Origin: Eledone cirrhosa
Lineage: Eukaryota
DNA length: 64,000 bases
Direction: 5' to 3'
NCBI GenBank assembly: GCA_964016885.1
Contig: OZ024743.1
Span: forward strand, 207,576,001 to 207,640,000
Below the pieces are notes generated by a model. It did not search any database, was not told where the DNA came from, and saw only the letters and a program-made list of their open reading frames with translations. Below are positions 61,132-64,000 of this stretch, in pieces (position 1 is the stretch's first letter; each line of letters starts with the position of its first letter). Position numbers and translations under genes: made by a program.

Positions 61132-64000
61132 TCATCATCATCATCATCATCACCGTTTTACGTCCGTTCTTCCACGCTAGCATGGGTTAGACGGGTTGTC
61201 CTGTTGTGGGCAGTGTCTGGTCGGCTGACCATGCCTTGCTCATACAGGAACTGATCTGGCTTGATTTCTACAGCTGGATGCCCTTCCTAACACCAACCTC
61301 ATTTACAGTGAGTGCTGGGTGCTTTTTCGTGGCGCCTACACGTCCACTTTACAGTGTGGGCTGGGTGCTTTTTTGCCGTGGCACCTCCACGACCACCTTG
61401 CGGTGGGGGGGGGGGGGCATATTGTTTATATGCTTCAGCATGTACCCATGGGAGGTCGGGTACCCTGTATTACTGCGTGACGCCAGAAGTCACGGTCGTG
61501 TGTCATTGACTTTGAGAGGTGTAGTTGGGTAAGGTCGGCTTTTATCACCTCATCCCAAGTCATCTTGGGTCTCCCCACTCCGCGGTTTCCATCAACTTCT
61601 AGTGCTCTGCACCTTTTTATGCAGCTGTCATCCTTCATACGCATCACATGTCCATACCAGCGTAACCGCCTCTCCTGCACGCAGCATTTGATTCCTCTTA
61701 TGCTCAGTCTCTCTCTCAATTCATTTATGCTTTGTCGTTCACGTATATTACTGTTACACATCCATCGGAGCATGCAGGCTTCGTTTCTCTCTAATCTACG
61801 TAAGTCTTCCACCTTCAGCGCCCAGGTCTCACTACCATGCAACATCGCTGTTCGGATACACGCATCATACAGTCTGCCTTTCATTCTGAGGGAGAAGCCT
61901 TTTGCAGCTAGCAGTGGTAGTAGTTCCCTAAACTTCTTCCATCCCGTTCTTACCCTAGTTATTGTACTTTCTGAGCACCCACCTCCGTTGCTAATTCGGT
62001 CACCTAGGTAGCAGAAGCTGTCTACTGTTTCTACAGGGCCCTCCCAGAGATTGGTGGTACTTGTTTCCTGTGGCTGTTTGCTTGCTGTTTCAGCACAGCT
62101 GCTGCATGTGAATCCTACATTCTTAATTAAGCTTCCTGAGATCCCGCTACATCTCTTGTGTACCCATTGTTTGCATTTGGGGCAAAGAATGGAGTTCCTA
62201 CCTACACCTTTCCTACATACTGAGCAAGGCCATTTCCCTGAGGGGATCTGGGTTCTGTTTTCTCGTCTACTTATAAGGACCTTAGTCTTTGTCATGTTGA
62301 CTTTGAGGCCCTTTCTCTCTAGTCCCTGCTTCCAGGTTTGGAATTTATTCTCTAGTTCTACCATAGATTCAGCTATGAGTGCGAGGTCATCAGCATACAG
62401 GAGTTCCCATGGGCATCCGGTCTTAAACTCCTCCGTTATTGCCTGCAGGACTATGATGAACAGGAGAGGGCTAAGAACAGAGCCCTGGTGGACCCCAACC
62501 TGTACGCTAAATTCCTCGCTATACTCATTGCCAATCCTAACTTTGCTGACTGCTCCCCTATACATGGCTTGTACCGCTTTCACAAGCCATTCATCTACTC
62601 CTAGTTTTCTAAGAGCCCACCAGATTACTGCACGTGGAACTCTGTCAAAGGCTTTCTCAAGGTCGACAAATGCCAAGTAGAGTGGCTTACTTTTAGCTAG
62701 GTACTTTTCCTGTAATTGCCTCACAAGGAAGAGCGCATCAGTGGTGCCTTTCCCTGGAACAAACCCAAATTGCATCTCGTCTATATTCACCCGGTCCCTA
62801 ATCAGCTGTGCTATAACTCTTTCTGTTACTTTCATGACCTGGTCCATCAACTTTATACCTCTATAGTTTCCTCTATCTAGTGCATCGCCTTTACCTTTGT
62901 AGCAGTTGACAATGATGCTACTGCACCAATCTTTTGGTATGGCCCCCTCTAGTATTACCTGGTTAACGATACGTGTGGTTATAGTGTGACCTACAGACCC
63001 AGATGCCTTCAGCATCTCGGCAGCTATACCCGATGGACCGGTTGCCTTCCCTATCTTCATATCTCTGATTGCCTTACTTACTACGCTGCCGCTGACTTGT
63101 ACTGCTGGTCCCTCTATAGGGTCTACGTGGGGTAGGGTCTCTTCTTCCCATGCATTCTCCTCATTTAGTAATCTATCATAATGACTCTTCCATGCATCTT
63201 TCTTCTCAGCACTTGTGAGGGCAAGCTCACCTTTATCATTCCGGATACACTTCTCTCCAATGACATCACAACTATCTCTGACACACTGCCTCGCAATCTT
63301 GAATACCTCCTGTTTCTGGTCCTCACGTTGTAAAACATGCTTGAATTTTCTATCCTCTGCTTCCCTCCTAGCTAAGTATACTTGTCGCCTAGCTTCCCTC
63401 TTGGTCTCTATGTAATGTACCCTGCTCCCCCCGTTCTTCCATTCTTTCCATGCCTGTCTCTTGGCCTTGACTGCTTCATCTACCTTATTGTTCCACCACC
63501 AAGTCACTCTCCTCCTGCTTGAGGTCTTACTCCAGCCACAAACCTCATCCGTCGCCTCTAGTAAGTTATTTTTTAGGAACTCCCAGTTCTCTTCTACGTT
63601 AAATGTCTCTATCTGTTCTTCTTTACTGTCGTAGGCGTTGAGTAAAATATCTTTAAATCTGTTACTGGTTGAGGGGACTTTCAGCTTCCAGATCTTTCTT
63701 CTCCAGGTTGGCCTCTGTTTCAGGGCTCGTCTAGTTCTGACCGTGAGGTCGCTGACAACTAAGCTATGTTGGGATGTACATTCCTCACTAGGGAAGGCTT
63801 TTGTGTTTACGACCGTCCATCTGTCACGTCCTCTGATGAGGATAAAATCTAACTGACTAGAGTGCTCCCCTGATCTATAGGTGATCAGGTGGTTGTCGGG
63901 TTTTTTAAAGTTTGTGTTACATATCGACATGTCATTGGCGTCGCAGAATTCTAGAAGTCTGAATCCTTCCTCATTCCTTGTGCCAACTCCATGGCCTCCA
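61132..64000 (-). mobile_element. RTE subfamily A, continues beyond the window
   Basis: Open ORF, 3'UTR and (GAT)n tail. Confidence 0.95.
61435..64000 (-). CDS. RTE ORF, partial (APE C-terminal part, RT with embedded PHD-type finger)
   Basis: 831+ aa open; [30 protein letters not shown]4HC3 insert, YLG. Confidence 0.9.
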   Translation of the reverse strand, partial: GGHGVGTRNEEGFRLLEFCDANDMSICNTNFKKPDNHLITYRSGEHSSQLDFILIRGRDRWTVVNTKAFPSEECTSQHSLVVSDLTVRTRRALKQRPTWRRKIWKLKVPSTSNRFKDILLNAYDSKEEQIETFNVEENWEFLKNNLLEATDEVCGWSKTSSRRRVTWWWNNKVDEAVKAKRQAWKEWKNGGSRVHYIETKREARRQVYLARREAEDRKFKHVLQREDQKQEVFKIARQCVRDSCDVIGEKCIRNDKGELALTSAEKKDAWKSHYDRLLNEENAWEEETLPHVDPIEGPAVQVSGSVVSKAIRDMKIGKATGPSGIAAEMLKASGSVGHTITTRIVNQVILEGAIPKDWCSSIIVNCYKGKGDALDRGNYRGIKLMDQVMKVTERVIAQLIRDRVNIDEMQFGFVPGKGTTDALFLVRQLQEKYLAKSKPLYLAFVDLEKAFDRVPRAVIWWALRKLGVDEWLVKAVQAMYRGAVSKVRIGNEYSEEFSVQVGVHQGSVLSPLLFIIVLQAITEEFKTGCPWELLYADDLALIAESMVELENKFQTWKQGLERKGLKVNMTKTKVLISRRENRTQIPSGKWPCSVCRKGVGRNSILCPKCKQWVHKRCSGISGSLIKNVGFTCSSCAETASKQPQETSTTNLWEGPVETVDSFCYLGDRISNGGGCSESTITRVRTGWKKFRELLPLLAAKGFSLRMKGRLYDACIRTAMLHGSETWALKVEDLRRLERNEACMLRWMCNSNIRERQSINELRERLSIRGIKCCVQERRLRWYGHVMRMKDDSCIKRCRALEVDGNRGVGRPKMTWDEVIKADLTQLHLSKSMTHDRDFWRHAVIQGTRPPMGTC

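Overview
This is eukaryotic, repeat-saturated DNA. The SINE families and AT/CA microsatellite load suggest an octopod cephalopod (inference from recall, not a database match). No host gene can be supported; the window is a nested stack of retroelements. (1) A Penelope-like element (RT + GIY-YIG) spans 2267-9290 as a 1.3x partial tandem plus an inverted copy, with three hammerhead ribozymes. (2) An intact RTE LINE ORF (28408-31953) carries three C-terminal C2H2 fingers, and a short internally deleted relative lies at 36.1-36.6 kb. (3) At least three related RTE subfamilies (called A, B, C here) have a PHD-type C4HC3 finger inserted inside the RT. (4) There are also fragments of Tx1/L1, CR1-group, CRE and a second Penelope lineage, plus tRNA-derived SINEs and MITEs. 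From ~32.4 to 61.1 kb the elements interrupt a single-polarity (TA)n/TATG/TG array. The most unusual signals are ~200-bp palindromic hammerhead mini-elements in that array which mirror the geometry of the large Penelope insertion, the PHD-in-RT LINEs, a 5' leader shared by two distant RTE families, and 3' module swapping between LINEs and a SINE. All long Tyr/Ile/His/Thr/Val/Cys ORFs are microsatellite artefacts.
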